Origin: Felixounavirus AN17P8
Sequence record: OZ035742.1
Direction: 5' to 3' (one strand)
DNA length: 64,000 nt
The notes beneath the pieces are model-generated. The model did no database searches. It was not told the DNA's origin and saw only the letters and a program-made list of their open reading frames with translations. A program made the position numbers and the translations under genes. Shown here piece after piece: positions 10,645 to 27,391 of the stretch. Each line of letters starts with the position of its first letter. The first letter of the stretch is position 1.

Positions 10645-11043
10645 ATGAAAACAGAATCTAGAATAATTAATGGTAAGAAAGTAAATATCGTTCTGCTTGG
10701 GGCAAGAGATGGTATTAAGATGTCTATGAAGTTGGGTAAAATTGTTGTTCCAACCTTTGCACAGATGCTATCAAGTCTGACTGACAAGGGTAAGAAGGAA
10801 GCTCCGATGGTTCCATTTAAAGAGCTTGTTGAAGCTTGTTTTGACAGAATTGAAGAAATTAACCTTGAAGAGATGGCTACCTTATTATTTCAAGGGGCAA
10901 CTGTTGACGACTTCCCACTTAATATTGATACGTACTTCCAAGCAAACTACGGTGAGTTTATTGATTACTTAGCATTTGCGCTGGAGGCAAACTTCGGAAG
11001 TTTTTTCGAAGCAAGCATTTTCAAAAGCCTAACTTCTCAGTAA
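10645..11043 (+). CDS. tail assembly chaperone (G-like)
   Basis: 132 aa ORF directly upstream of tape measure gene; contains slippery heptamer near 3' end. Confidence 0.5.
   Translation: MKTESRIINGKKVNIVLLGARDGIKMSMKLGKIVVPTFAQMLSSLTDKGKKEAPMVPFKELVEACFDRIEEINLEEMATLLFQGATVDDFPLNIDTYFQANYGEFIDYLAFALEANFGSFFEASIFKSLTSQ
11001..11007 (+). other. putative -1 programmed ribosomal frameshift slippery site (T TTT TTC)
   Basis: X_XXY_YYZ heptamer in frame of the 10645 ORF; the -1 frame is open from here through the ATG at 11046 and the whole 11046-11285 ORF. Confidence 0.45.
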
Positions 11044-11045
11044 AC

Positions 11046-11284
11046 ATGGGTAACACTCTACAGACACCACTAACTGATGCTGCTGTAGAGGCAACCTATG
11101 AAGAAGCAGACGAGATGAAATTTGTGCTTGCTATTTATGGTATGGAAGGGTGTAAAGAAACACTTGACCAACTCTTTGCTATGACATTCTCTGATTTATT
11201 ATCATTGAGACAATTTCTTGAGATTCAGAGGTCGTATAAAGAGGAAATTGCTTACAACGAACTTAGAAGAGCAGGAAAAATGTA

Positions 11285-11285
<1 letters not shown>
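11046..11285 (+). CDS. tail assembly chaperone frameshift-extension ORF (GT-like)
   Basis: 79 aa ORF in the -1 frame relative to upstream chaperone ORF, ending at the tape measure start. Confidence 0.45.
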
Positions 11286-19304
<8,019 letters not shown>

Positions 19305-19306
19305 TA

Positions 19307-20473
19307 ATGGCAGTAGGTGAAATTCAAATTAGTGCCTTGCCTCAAGCAGCCTTACCAATTGACCTTAGTGATATCCTCCATCTTAAGCAGGGTATTGAGG
19401 ATAAGAGATGCACTCTTGAGCAATTACTTGCTCCACACTCAAGCCTAAGAAATAACCCTCACGGTGTTACTAAAACACAAATTGGTTTAGATAACGTTAT
19501 CAATGCTCTTCAGTTAGTTGCTGCAAATAACTTATCAGATGTTACTAATGTCACTGAGGCAAGGGCAAATCTACAGATTATGTCTTCAGAAGAGGTTAAT
19601 AATCTTATTCAACAACATATTGATGATAAGAGCAACCCGCACAACACCACTAAGGCACAGGTTGGTTTGAGCAATGTCCAGAACTGGGTGACATCTAACC
19701 TTTATAATGAGGATGCAGATAAGTACGCTACAGCAAGAGCAGTAAATAACTTGTACAAGGCTGTTCAGGCTTCTTATCCAGTAGGTACTATCCATCTCTC
19801 TATGAATCCTGCAAACCCTTCTACATATTTAATTTGTGGAGGTACTTGGGAGTTAGTTTCAAAAGGAAGAGCACTTGTAGGTTATGATAGTGCTTCTAGG
19901 CCAGTTGGTAGTAACTTTGGCTCAAGTAGTGTTAGCTTATCTAGTAACAACCTACCATCACATAGCCATTCAATCTACCTAACTGGTGGTGGACATACTC
20001 ATGGTGCTGCTATTACTATCGATGGCTTTGATTACGGCAATAAGAGCACAAACAGCTTCGATTATGGAACAAAGACCACTAATAGTACTGGTGCTCACAC
20101 TCACTCAGTGAGCGGTTCAACAAATACCACAGGTAATCACACACATACTGTAGGTGGTCGTTACGGGGGTGACTCTATTGGTGGTAAACAACGTGTTCAG
20201 GTCTCAGGGACTGCTCAGGTTTCCAGTGTAGCCGGTGACCACTCACACACTGTTAGCGGTTCAACAAATACCACAGGTAATCACACACATACTGTTGCAA
20301 TTGGTGCTCACACACACACTGTTGCAATTGGTGCTCATACCCATAAAGGCACAGTAACTTTGCAGTCATCTGAGCATACTCACTCAGGTACTACAGGTAC
20401 TACAGGTGCTGGTCAAGCATTTAGCGTTGAACAACCATCCTTTGTGGTTTATGTATGGCAAAGAACCGCTTAA
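19307..20473 (+). CDS. tail fibre protein (short) with His-x-His repeat C-terminal domain
   Basis: 388 aa; C-terminus carries repeated (S/T)GxHTHxV and HSH motifs and ends ...VYVWQRTA, closely matching the C-terminus of the next gene. Confidence 0.7.
   Translation: MAVGEIQISALPQAALPIDLSDILHLKQGIEDKRCTLEQLLAPHSSLRNNPHGVTKTQIGLDNVINALQLVAANNLSDVTNVTEARANLQIMSSEEVNNLIQQHIDDKSNPHNTTKAQVGLSNVQNWVTSNLYNEDADKYATARAVNNLYKAVQASYPVGTIHLSMNPANPSTYLICGGTWELVSKGRALVGYDSASRPVGSNFGSSSVSLSSNNLPSHSHSIYLTGGGHTHGAAITIDGFDYGNKSTNSFDYGTKTTNSTGAHTHSVSGSTNTTGNHTHTVGGRYGGDSIGGKQRVQVSGTAQVSSVAGDHSHTVSGSTNTTGNHTHTVAIGAHTHTVAIGAHTHKGTVTLQSSEHTHSGTTGTTGAGQAFSVEQPSFVVYVWQRTA
20111..20295 (+). repeat. coding direct repeats within tail fibre gene
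   Basis: 41-nt exact direct repeat agcggttcaacaaataccacaggtaatcacacacatactgt at 20111-20151 and 20255-20295; tandem 27-nt unit at 20291-20344. Confidence 0.8.
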
Positions 20474-20522
20474 AAATTCTTTTACAGGGGGCTGTACAGC
20501 CCTCTTTCTAGAGGACAAAATA

Positions 20523-22871
20523 ATGGCAGATTATAAGTTGAGTGAATTAAACTCAATCGATACAATCCGTTCAGATGACCTTCTTCATGTCAGGGTTAAA
20601 AAGAGACCTGAAATGCTGGGTGATGAAGACCGTCGAATGACCTATCAAGATTTCTTAGCATCTTTTAAGCTTGAAAGATTTGTTCAGATTGCTGGTAGTA
20701 CTATGACTGGTGACTTAGGGATTGTTAAGTTACTTTATGGTGGTAAGGCAGTCTTTGACCCTACAGGCTCTTCTGAGATTACTATGGGGGATGTTTTAAA
20801 GACTTTTAAACTTAACGCAAATGGTCTTAAACTAACTATTGCAGATGCTTCGAGGTCAGCAACTGTTTATCACACTCTGAATAAACCAAGTCCTAATGAA
20901 CTTGGGATGAGAACTAATGAAGAGAATGATGCAAGATATGCAAAACTGGCTAACTCGAATACGTTTAAAGCCAGGCAAACTATTACATCGAATGGTGAGA
21001 TTTTAACGCTAGTCACCCCTGCGGAGGCGAGTTCAGCGTACTGTGCCCTTGTAGGTAGAGACGCGAGTAATGAAAAGAATTGGGCTATTGGGAACCTAAT
21101 TAGAGGCAGCTTTGATGTTCAAATCGAGAGTAGACAAGGTTCCATCCTCACTCTAGGTACAACTGTAACGATTAATAAGACCCTTGCTGTTGTTGGTCAG
21201 GTCAAACCTTCTGACTTCTCTAACTTAGATGCAAGATACTTTACTCAGACGGCAGCTAATCAGAGGTTTGCACAGTTAGCTGGTAATAACACATTTAGTG
21301 GTTCTAATACTTTCACTAATTTTGTTATTAAGAAGAATGCTAATGCTATTACTATTCAAAATGTAGATACAACTACGGCTTTGTATATCCAAGCAAGGAA
21401 ATCAGATGGAACTAATAAGTGGTACATTGGTAATGACGGTGATGAGAACATTGTAAACATCTATAACTATTTAGCAAAAACACAAATCTCACTAGGTAAC
21501 ACCATTACCATGAGTAAAACAGTCCAAATTGGTGGTCAAGTTCAACCTTCTGATTGGACTAACATTGACTCTAGATATATTCCGGCAGCAACATTAAGTA
21601 CGATTGCAAGAACTAATGCACAAAATACTTTTAATGGTGCGCAAACAGTTGTTAGTGATGGCGAAGGTTTAGTTATTAAAAACTCTACTCAGAATAGGCC
21701 ATTGTATATTCGTGGTAAGGACGCTGCCAATGTATCAAGATGGTGGTTAGGTGTTGGTGACCCAAATTCTACTGATGTAGCCTTAAACAACAGCTTCTCT
21801 GGCACTCAGTTAATTTTAGGTAACTCATCTGCAAGTATCAATAAGACATTAACCCTAGCAGGGCAGATTCAACCCTCAGATTTCTCTAACTTAGATGCTA
21901 GATATTTTACCCAATCAGCAGCTAATCAGAGATTTATGTATGCAGGCTCTACAGGAACAGCTAGTGAAGTAGGGGATAGCAAAGGGGTTGCTTGGAATGC
22001 TAAAACTGGTCTATATAATGTTATGAGGTCTAATGGAGGCTCAACACTACTTGTTTTTCAAATGTATCAAGGTTCAAGCTCTACTCCTTCTGCTCAATTG
22101 AGATTCGACTACCGGAATGGAGGATTTTGGTATAGGTCATCAAGGGACAGTTTTGGTTTTGAAGAGGACTTCACACAAATTTATACAGAAAAGTATAAAC
22201 CAACTCCTTCAGCTATCGGTGCATACACTAAAGCAGAAACTGACCAGAAGATTGCACAGGCAGTAAGTGACTCTACAGACCTTAACAAAATCTACCCTGT
22301 TGGTATTGTGACTTGGTTTAACAGTAACGTTAACCCTAATACCGCACTTCCTGGATTAACTTGGACGTACCTGAACAATGGTGTTGGTAGAACTATCAGG
22401 ATTGCAGCAGCGAATGGTTCAGATGTTGCTACAACTGGAGGTTCAGATTCTGTTACATTAGCAGTTGGAAACTTGCCTTCACACACTCATAGTTTCTCTG
22501 CGACAACCTCTAGCTTTGACTACGGTACTAAGACCACTAATACAACTGGTGCTCACACCCACTCAGTGAGTGGTTCTACTAACAACACCGGTGCTCATAC
22601 ACATACAGTTGGTGGTCGTTATGGTGGTGACTCTATCGGTGGTAAACAACGTGTTCAGGTATCTGGTACAGAACAGGTATCTAGCTCTGCTGGTGCTCAC
22701 GCTCACACTGTATCTGGTACTGCTGCCTCTAACGGAAACCATGCTCACACTGTTGGTATTGGTGCTCACAGTCATACAGTTAGTGGTAACACTGGTGGTA
22801 CAGGTTCTGGTTCAGCATTTAGTGTAATTAACCAGTTCTATAAGCTGATGGCTTGGGTAAGAACTGCTTAA
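20523..22871 (+). CDS. tail fibre protein (long) with His-x-His repeat C-terminal domain
   Basis: about 782 aa from ATG at 20523 (MADYKL..., preferred over the 20406 start that overlaps the upstream gene); three internal repeats around Q(V/I)(K/Q)PSD(F/W)(S/T)N(L/I)D(A/S)RY; C-terminal HxH domain homologous to 19307-20473. Confidence 0.7.
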   Translation: MADYKLSELNSIDTIRSDDLLHVRVKKRPEMLGDEDRRMTYQDFLASFKLERFVQIAGSTMTGDLGIVKLLYGGKAVFDPTGSSEITMGDVLKTFKLNANGLKLTIADASRSATVYHTLNKPSPNELGMRTNEENDARYAKLANSNTFKARQTITSNGEILTLVTPAEASSAYCALVGRDASNEKNWAIGNLIRGSFDVQIESRQGSILTLGTTVTINKTLAVVGQVKPSDFSNLDARYFTQTAANQRFAQLAGNNTFSGSNTFTNFVIKKNANAITIQNVDTTTALYIQARKSDGTNKWYIGNDGDENIVNIYNYLAKTQISLGNTITMSKTVQIGGQVQPSDWTNIDSRYIPAATLSTIARTNAQNTFNGAQTVVSDGEGLVIKNSTQNRPLYIRGKDAANVSRWWLGVGDPNSTDVALNNSFSGTQLILGNSSASINKTLTLAGQIQPSDFSNLDARYFTQSAANQRFMYAGSTGTASEVGDSKGVAWNAKTGLYNVMRSNGGSTLLVFQMYQGSSSTPSAQLRFDYRNGGFWYRSSRDSFGFEEDFTQIYTEKYKPTPSAIGAYTKAETDQKIAQAVSDSTDLNKIYPVGIVTWFNSNVNPNTALPGLTWTYLNNGVGRTIRIAAANGSDVATTGGSDSVTLAVGNLPSHTHSFSATTSSFDYGTKTTNTTGAHTHSVSGSTNNTGAHTHTVGGRYGGDSIGGKQRVQVSGTEQVSSSAGAHAHTVSGTAASNGNHAHTVGIGAHSHTVSGNTGGTGSGSAFSVINQFYKLMAWVRTA

Positions 22872-22950
22872 TCCCTTATTGACTGATTGTTAAGATGGTG
22901 TTAATATTCTTTATGGGTATTCTCACCATCTTGGCTGATGAGGTGATTAA

Positions 22951-23145
22951 ATGCCTACAATCCTAGCAATTCTTCTAAAAAATCTAGGTAGCTTCTTCTG
23001 GAAACTCATTTTATCCCTTCTGAGTGAATACATGATTGAGAAAGTGTTCTTTAAGCTTGCAAGATACCTTGCGAGTAAAACAGACACACCTATTGATGAT
23101 GAGTTCGTAGATAACTTAGAAAAAGCTTTTAAGGGGGAGAAATAA
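22951..23145 (+). CDS. small membrane protein (holin/antiholin candidate)
   Basis: 64 aa, single hydrophobic helix, charged C-terminus; RBS gaggtg. Confidence 0.3.
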   Translation: MPTILAILLKNLGSFFWKLILSLLSEYMIEKVFFKLARYLASKTDTPIDDEFVDNLEKAFKGEK

Positions 23146-23517
23146 ATGAAGTGGCTAGAGGAAGCTTTTAAAAATAATATTGGTGCAATTGTTGTTGGTA
23201 TTTTTAGTGTTATTGGGATGTATACCACGATGCAAGTTTCAAGTGGTAAGCAAGAAGTGTCTGTCACAACAAAATTACAGCAGCTAGATAATTATAGTAA
23301 ATCTAATTACTCAGCTATTCGTGATTTGCAGTCTGACATGAGATTGATTCAGCTAGGGATGGAGAACCAGAAAGTTCAGTTAGAGAATGTTAAGGGTGAA
23401 AACGCAAAACTTACCAAAACTCTTGATAAATTCTCTGACAGTGTAAATAATCTGGCTCAATCAGTATCAGCCTTGCAAGCTATTACTGAAAAGAACACAA
23501 AGAATACTGAAAAATAA
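23146..23517 (+). CDS. membrane-anchored coiled-coil protein (holin-like candidate)
   Basis: 123 aa; N-terminal TM helix IGAIVVGIFSVIGMY followed by coiled-coil; sits after tail fibres as holin t does in T4-like genomes. Confidence 0.3.
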   Translation: MKWLEEAFKNNIGAIVVGIFSVIGMYTTMQVSSGKQEVSVTTKLQQLDNYSKSNYSAIRDLQSDMRLIQLGMENQKVQLENVKGENAKLTKTLDKFSDSVNNLAQSVSALQAITEKNTKNTEK

Positions 23518-23519
23518 AA

Positions 23520-23552
23520 TTTTAAGGCTCCTTTTTACGGGAGCCTTTTTTG
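23520..23552. terminator. bidirectional rho-independent terminator
   Basis: hairpin aggctcc-tttttacg-ggagcct flanked by A-run upstream and T-run downstream, between convergent gene blocks. Confidence 0.65.
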
Positions 23553-23555
23553 TTT

Positions 23556-24455
23556 CTACTTACCTACTGACAAAGGTGCTTCAATCTTTCCTGCATGTTG
23601 GTAATTGTAAATGCCACCAATAAAATCACTTGCAGTGAGATGTTTTAAGTCACTTAAAGTGTTAAGTGGGATACCAATCTCAAAAGTTGGTGCATGGAAC
23701 TCTTCATTGTTCATCAGTTCATAAACCTGCTTCATATGATTCTGATAAATCTGAGTATCTCCAAAGACACCTATCAAGTACCGTGGAGTGTATCCAGTCA
23801 TCTTACAAAGAACTTCCAGAATAAAACCATAAGATGCAATATTAAACGGGAGTCCTAAAAAGGTGTCTACTGAACGCTGATACCATTGTAAGTCAACTTC
23901 ACCCTCGTTAGTGATATAAATCTGAAACAGAACATGACAAGGTGCTAAAGCCATCGAGTTGGATGCAATATCTGCTGCATTCCAAGCATTAACAAGCATG
24001 TAGCGGTCTGTAATATCACCCTTCATCTTCGTTACTAAGGTCTCTAACTGGTCTACAACACAACCATTATGACCTTCAAAGTTTCTCCACTGAACCCCGT
24101 AGATTCTCCCACCTGCGTCATCTAACCAGTCTTGTTCAGAAGAATAATTAGAGCTTAACCAGCGTTTAAAATCATCTGACCAGATAGTCCAGCGTTCTCC
24201 ATCATTTTCATCCCAAGTGCGGTAACGGAGTTCACCCAGTTTATTCTCACCATTCAGGAACCATAAAGCTTCCCCAATAACTTGCCGTGTAAACACCTGT
24301 TTAGATGTTAAGAGCGGGAAACCAGTTCGCATATCAAAACGAAACTGAGGTGGAGCAAAAGCAGAGATAACATCTCCAGTTCGTGTAGTACGTAGTTCAC
24401 CAACGGATAAAACATGGTTCAGTATATTTTTGTAACTCGAATCTGCTTGTGACAT
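23556..24455 (-). CDS. thyA: thymidylate synthase
   Basis: 299 aa; active-site ALAPCHVLFQIY and YQRSVDTFLGLPFNIASY match ThyA family motifs; Asn retained in PFNIASY (dUMP-type); adjacent DHFR. Confidence 0.75.
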   Translation of the reverse strand: MSQADSSYKNILNHVLSVGELRTTRTGDVISAFAPPQFRFDMRTGFPLLTSKQVFTRQVIGEALWFLNGENKLGELRYRTWDENDGERWTIWSDDFKRWLSSNYSSEQDWLDDAGGRIYGVQWRNFEGHNGCVVDQLETLVTKMKGDITDRYMLVNAWNAADIASNSMALAPCHVLFQIYITNEGEVDLQWYQRSVDTFLGLPFNIASYGFILEVLCKMTGYTPRYLIGVFGDTQIYQNHMKQVYELMNNEEFHAPTFEIGIPLNTLSDLKHLTASDFIGGIYNYQHAGKIEAPLSVGK

Positions 24456-24456
24456 A

Positions 24457-25002
24457 TCAAAAGTGTCCTTTTACTTGTGGAACATAAATTTCAAAAGTTG
24501 CTTTACCATCCTCTGATGGTTTTGACTGTACCTTTGTAAATACACGGTTATCATACAGCTTCTCAAAGAAGTTTTCAAAAGGTAAATGCACAGTGACCTC
24601 TTCAGTAACTTTATGGAAAACAGTATGGAACACTACATCAGCATACGGTAAAGCATCGACAAGGACACCTGCGCCACCAATTACAAAGACATCTTCATCA
24701 ATAGAGCTATCAAGATACTTCAAAAATGCTCCAAATGACTCTTTACTGGCTTTAGCATACATTACATCATCTTTGCCAAAGTCTATGCCTAAGTATGGTA
24801 CAGAATTTGTTAAGACGAGGTTTGCACGTTCTGGTAAAGGCTTACACCCCAGAGTCTTGAAAGTCTCATTCCCCATCACTACTAAGTTATTTTTAGTTAG
24901 TCTCTTAAACTCTTGCATATCCTGTTTGTGTCGAGGCCACGGCATACCAGTTGGAGTACCAAACTCCCCATTTTCACCACTTGCAAAGATTAACTTAATC
25001 AT
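24457..25002 (-). CDS. frd: dihydrofolate reductase
   Basis: 181 aa; MIKL...MPW...VVMGNETFKTLG...LPERANLVLT...VIGGAGV...ALPYAD resembles bacterial and T4 DHFR. Confidence 0.8.
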   Translation of the reverse strand: MIKLIFASGENGEFGTPTGMPWPRHKQDMQEFKRLTKNNLVVMGNETFKTLGCKPLPERANLVLTNSVPYLGIDFGKDDVMYAKASKESFGAFLKYLDSSIDEDVFVIGGAGVLVDALPYADVVFHTVFHKVTEEVTVHLPFENFFEKLYDNRVFTKVQSKPSEDGKATFEIYVPQVKGHF

Positions 25003-25259
25003 TTTGTAAATCCTTTCTTAATGAACCAGTTGATAACATTCTTCACAGCTTTATTGCTATGGTAGATTAAGTGCGGTGTGGGTTGGTATGAACCATAAGC
25101 CCAGAATGATAGCTGCTCACCACAACCAACACATGTCGTACTCTCTTCAGATATATGACCATTAACAATCATATGAACTTCACCTTGTAAATCTGTACAC
25201 CCACAATGTGGACATCGGATAGGTGTTCCATCAGACTCATAGCAGTGTTCAATTTTCAT
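24999..25259 (-). CDS. small zinc-ribbon protein (hypothetical)
   Basis: 86 aa with CPHCGC...CVGCG cysteine pairs. Confidence 0.35.
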   Translation of the reverse strand: MKIEHCYESDGTPIRCPHCGCTDLQGEVHMIVNGHISEESTTCVGCGEQLSFWAYGSYQPTPHLIYHSNKAVKNVINWFIKKGFTK

Positions 25260-25775
25260 TTACTTAACCTCAAAAACTGGCTCAAGAACCAATATAAAGT
25301 CTACACAGTCATCTTCTTCATCCAGAATACCATCAAAGTTCTTAGGAACGAAGTCGAAGAGGCTCATAACAAAACAGTCAGAAGTGACCCTGATAGTTCC
25401 TCCCATGTTCTCTACAGTTAACACTGTACGACTTTCTTTTACCTCCCTCAGAAGATTACTCACAAAGTCATCTAAGAAGTACTTCATTAGTGACTTGAAA
25501 CCTTTAGGGTAATTTGTACCAGAGTATGTTTCAATCTGAGGCACAAGCTTAACATTTATACTAGTCTTTGTTAAGAATGTGCTAGAGAACATGCTATCAG
25601 GTAACTTACAAACAGTCTTTTCAGTACCTTCATGTTCAATCTCAACAAAACCAGCTTCGTCGCCACATGTGACTATTTTAAAAGATGCTTCATTCTCATG
25701 CTGCGAAGCCATAAACTTTTTAAGCATCACTTTAAGGAAATCTGCATGAGCATCTTGTAAGTAGATATCAATCAT
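25260..25775 (-). CDS. hypothetical protein
   Basis: 171 aa ORF tightly packed in minus-strand operon. Confidence 0.35.
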   Translation of the reverse strand: MIDIYLQDAHADFLKVMLKKFMASQHENEASFKIVTCGDEAGFVEIEHEGTEKTVCKLPDSMFSSTFLTKTSINVKLVPQIETYSGTNYPKGFKSLMKYFLDDFVSNLLREVKESRTVLTVENMGGTIRVTSDCFVMSLFDFVPKNFDGILDEEDDCVDFILVLEPVFEVK

Positions 25776-25788
25776 AGTTAATCACCTA

Positions 25789-26148
25789 TTATGGGAACAG
25801 ACACTTGATGTCATCGTTTTTAAAAACAAAACTTGTGTAGTTATAACCGTCAACATCCAGCCAAACAGCCTGAACATCTACACCATCAAGATTCTGGTAA
25901 AGCTCTTTGATGAAGTGGTCTTTTACAATCTGACTGCTAGTTGTTTCCAGCTTAATGTTCGAGATTGCTGAACCTACAGCCATATAACCCATGACACGTT
26001 TCTTTTCAGTATGCTTAATCTTACCATCTTTGTAAGACATAATGAGATTGGAAAGAATCTTTACACCATAATACTTTTCAAGGTGAGTAGGTACACCATA
26101 AAAGCCTAATGCGAAGTTTTCAGAGTGGATAATGTTTTCACGTTTCAT
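25789..26148 (-). CDS. hypothetical protein
   Basis: 119 aa ORF. Confidence 0.35.
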   Translation of the reverse strand: MKRENIIHSENFALGFYGVPTHLEKYYGVKILSNLIMSYKDGKIKHTEKKRVMGYMAVGSAISNIKLETTSSQIVKDHFIKELYQNLDGVDVQAVWLDVDGYNYTSFVFKNDDIKCLFP

Positions 26149-26149
26149 A

Positions 26150-26479
26150 TTAGTCTGCCAACCTTAAATTGAAATTAACACCAAATTTTTCACATACTTC
26201 CAACATATACTCAAGGGAGACATTACCAGTGAGGTGGATTATGTTGGATACACGAGCCTGAGAGATACCACAAATTTTAGCAACTTGCTCTTGAGAAAGA
26301 CCTCTGGATTTAATCTCTCTCTTAAAACGATGTGCAACGAAGTCTCTCATTTCGTCTACATCCATTGGACAAATATAACTCTCCATTTCAGCCTCTCTAT
26401 CAGCCTCCCAATCATCTTGTGGAGCATAAGGGTCAAAAACTTCATTCATCTTTCTTCTTCCGTTTGCGTGAAGTGTCAA
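26150..26479 (-). CDS. putative HTH DNA-binding protein
   Basis: 109 aa; C-terminal segment LSQEQVAKICGISQARVSNIIHL resembles an XRE-type helix-turn-helix. Confidence 0.4.
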   Translation of the reverse strand: MTLHANGRRKMNEVFDPYAPQDDWEADREAEMESYICPMDVDEMRDFVAHRFKREIKSRGLSQEQVAKICGISQARVSNIIHLTGNVSLEYMLEVCEKFGVNFNLRLAD

Positions 26480-26654
26480 TTAATGAATCTATGTTTGTAG
26501 CCCTAACCTTTTCACGTTCATCGTTAAGATAATCATCAAGAGCCTTTTCAATCTGTGAATCATCTTGACAGATAACTGTAAAGACTGTAAAGCCGTCTGT
26601 ATCGTCAATTATCTTACCATAACCGCTTCTGGGATGTAACTTTTTAAGAGCCAT
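26442..26654 (-). CDS. hypothetical protein
   Basis: 70 aa ORF overlapping downstream gene start. Confidence 0.3.
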   Translation of the reverse strand: MALKKLHPRSGYGKIIDDTDGFTVFTVICQDDSQIEKALDDYLNDEREKVRATNIDSLIDTSRKRKKKDE

Positions 26655-26655
26655 A

Positions 26656-27039
26656 TCAAATACCTGTGCAGCTTCTGTTTTCTAAGAAATACTCCACACC
26701 ATACATAGCTTTTTGCATCAAATCTTCTTTAAACTGGATACGATGGTTGAGCATAGCCTGTACATCAATATCATCATGGTGCTTTTCTTTAATATTTGCA
26801 GATTGCAGGAAATACTCTGCAAGAACACGATATTGATAGTCAGTTACCTTATCAGTCATCTCTGTTAAAGACTCTTCAGAGATTGGTTTAAGTAGCTCAC
26901 CATTCGCTAGAGCAACACCTTTAACAATCTGGCAAGTGTCTTCTGGAACACCTGATAAATCCACATTTGGAAGTTCTGTTGCACTGACTGGTAAATTCAT
27001 TGCCATAACCATTGCAGCAGCTAATAAAATCTTTTTCAT
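26656..27039 (-). CDS. secreted/periplasmic protein (hypothetical)
   Basis: 127 aa with N-terminal signal peptide MKKILLAAAMVMAMNLPVSA. Confidence 0.4.
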   Translation of the reverse strand: MKKILLAAAMVMAMNLPVSATELPNVDLSGVPEDTCQIVKGVALANGELLKPISEESLTEMTDKVTDYQYRVLAEYFLQSANIKEKHHDDIDVQAMLNHRIQFKEDLMQKAMYGVEYFLENRSCTGI

Positions 27040-27259
27040 AATGACCTCAAAGTTATATTAAATTTTGTATTACATTGAGTATAAAAATAAGCTATAACAC
27101 CTGACTTGTCAACAGATTTTATAGCTTATTTGGCAGATTTTTTATAAGGCTACTGCCATCCTTCCATACCAAACCTCACCTGACCTCGCCTAACCCTACC
27201 TTACTCCACCATACAGCACCTTATTAAAACACCCTGTTTAAAGACCTTTTAAAAAGGTA

Positions 27260-27390
27260 AGTCTCATTTTAATGTAGCTGAGACTAACTACCCATACCTC
27301 ACCCTACCAGACCCTACCAGACCAGACCTTACCCTACCAGACCCTACCGAACATCACTTAAAAACCCTCTTAGAAGACTCTTAAGTGATG
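27260..27390. repeat. composite structured non-coding element, copy A
   Basis: hairpin 1 (agtctc / loop attttaatgtagct / gagact), conserved box aactacccatacctcacc, C+A-rich tract with 10-11 nt periodic ccctaccagac units, hairpin 2 (catcacttaa / 19-nt loop / ttaagtgatg). Confidence 0.7.
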
Positions 27391-27391
27391 T

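Noticed and set aside
20088-20350. Repeated HTHTV peptides as helix-turn-helix DNA-binding motifs
   Set aside because: The HTH letters are literal His-Thr-His residues in a fibre tip domain, not a helix-turn-helix fold.
20406-20522. Upstream start for the long tail fibre at 20406
   Set aside because: It would overlap the preceding fibre gene by 68 nt; an in-frame ATG at 20523 follows the upstream stop and gives a clean N-terminus (MADYKL...).
22570-22827. 85-aa Leu/Val-rich ORF in an alternative frame of the long fibre gene
   Set aside because: Artefact of the repetitive His-codon (cac/cat) region read out of frame.
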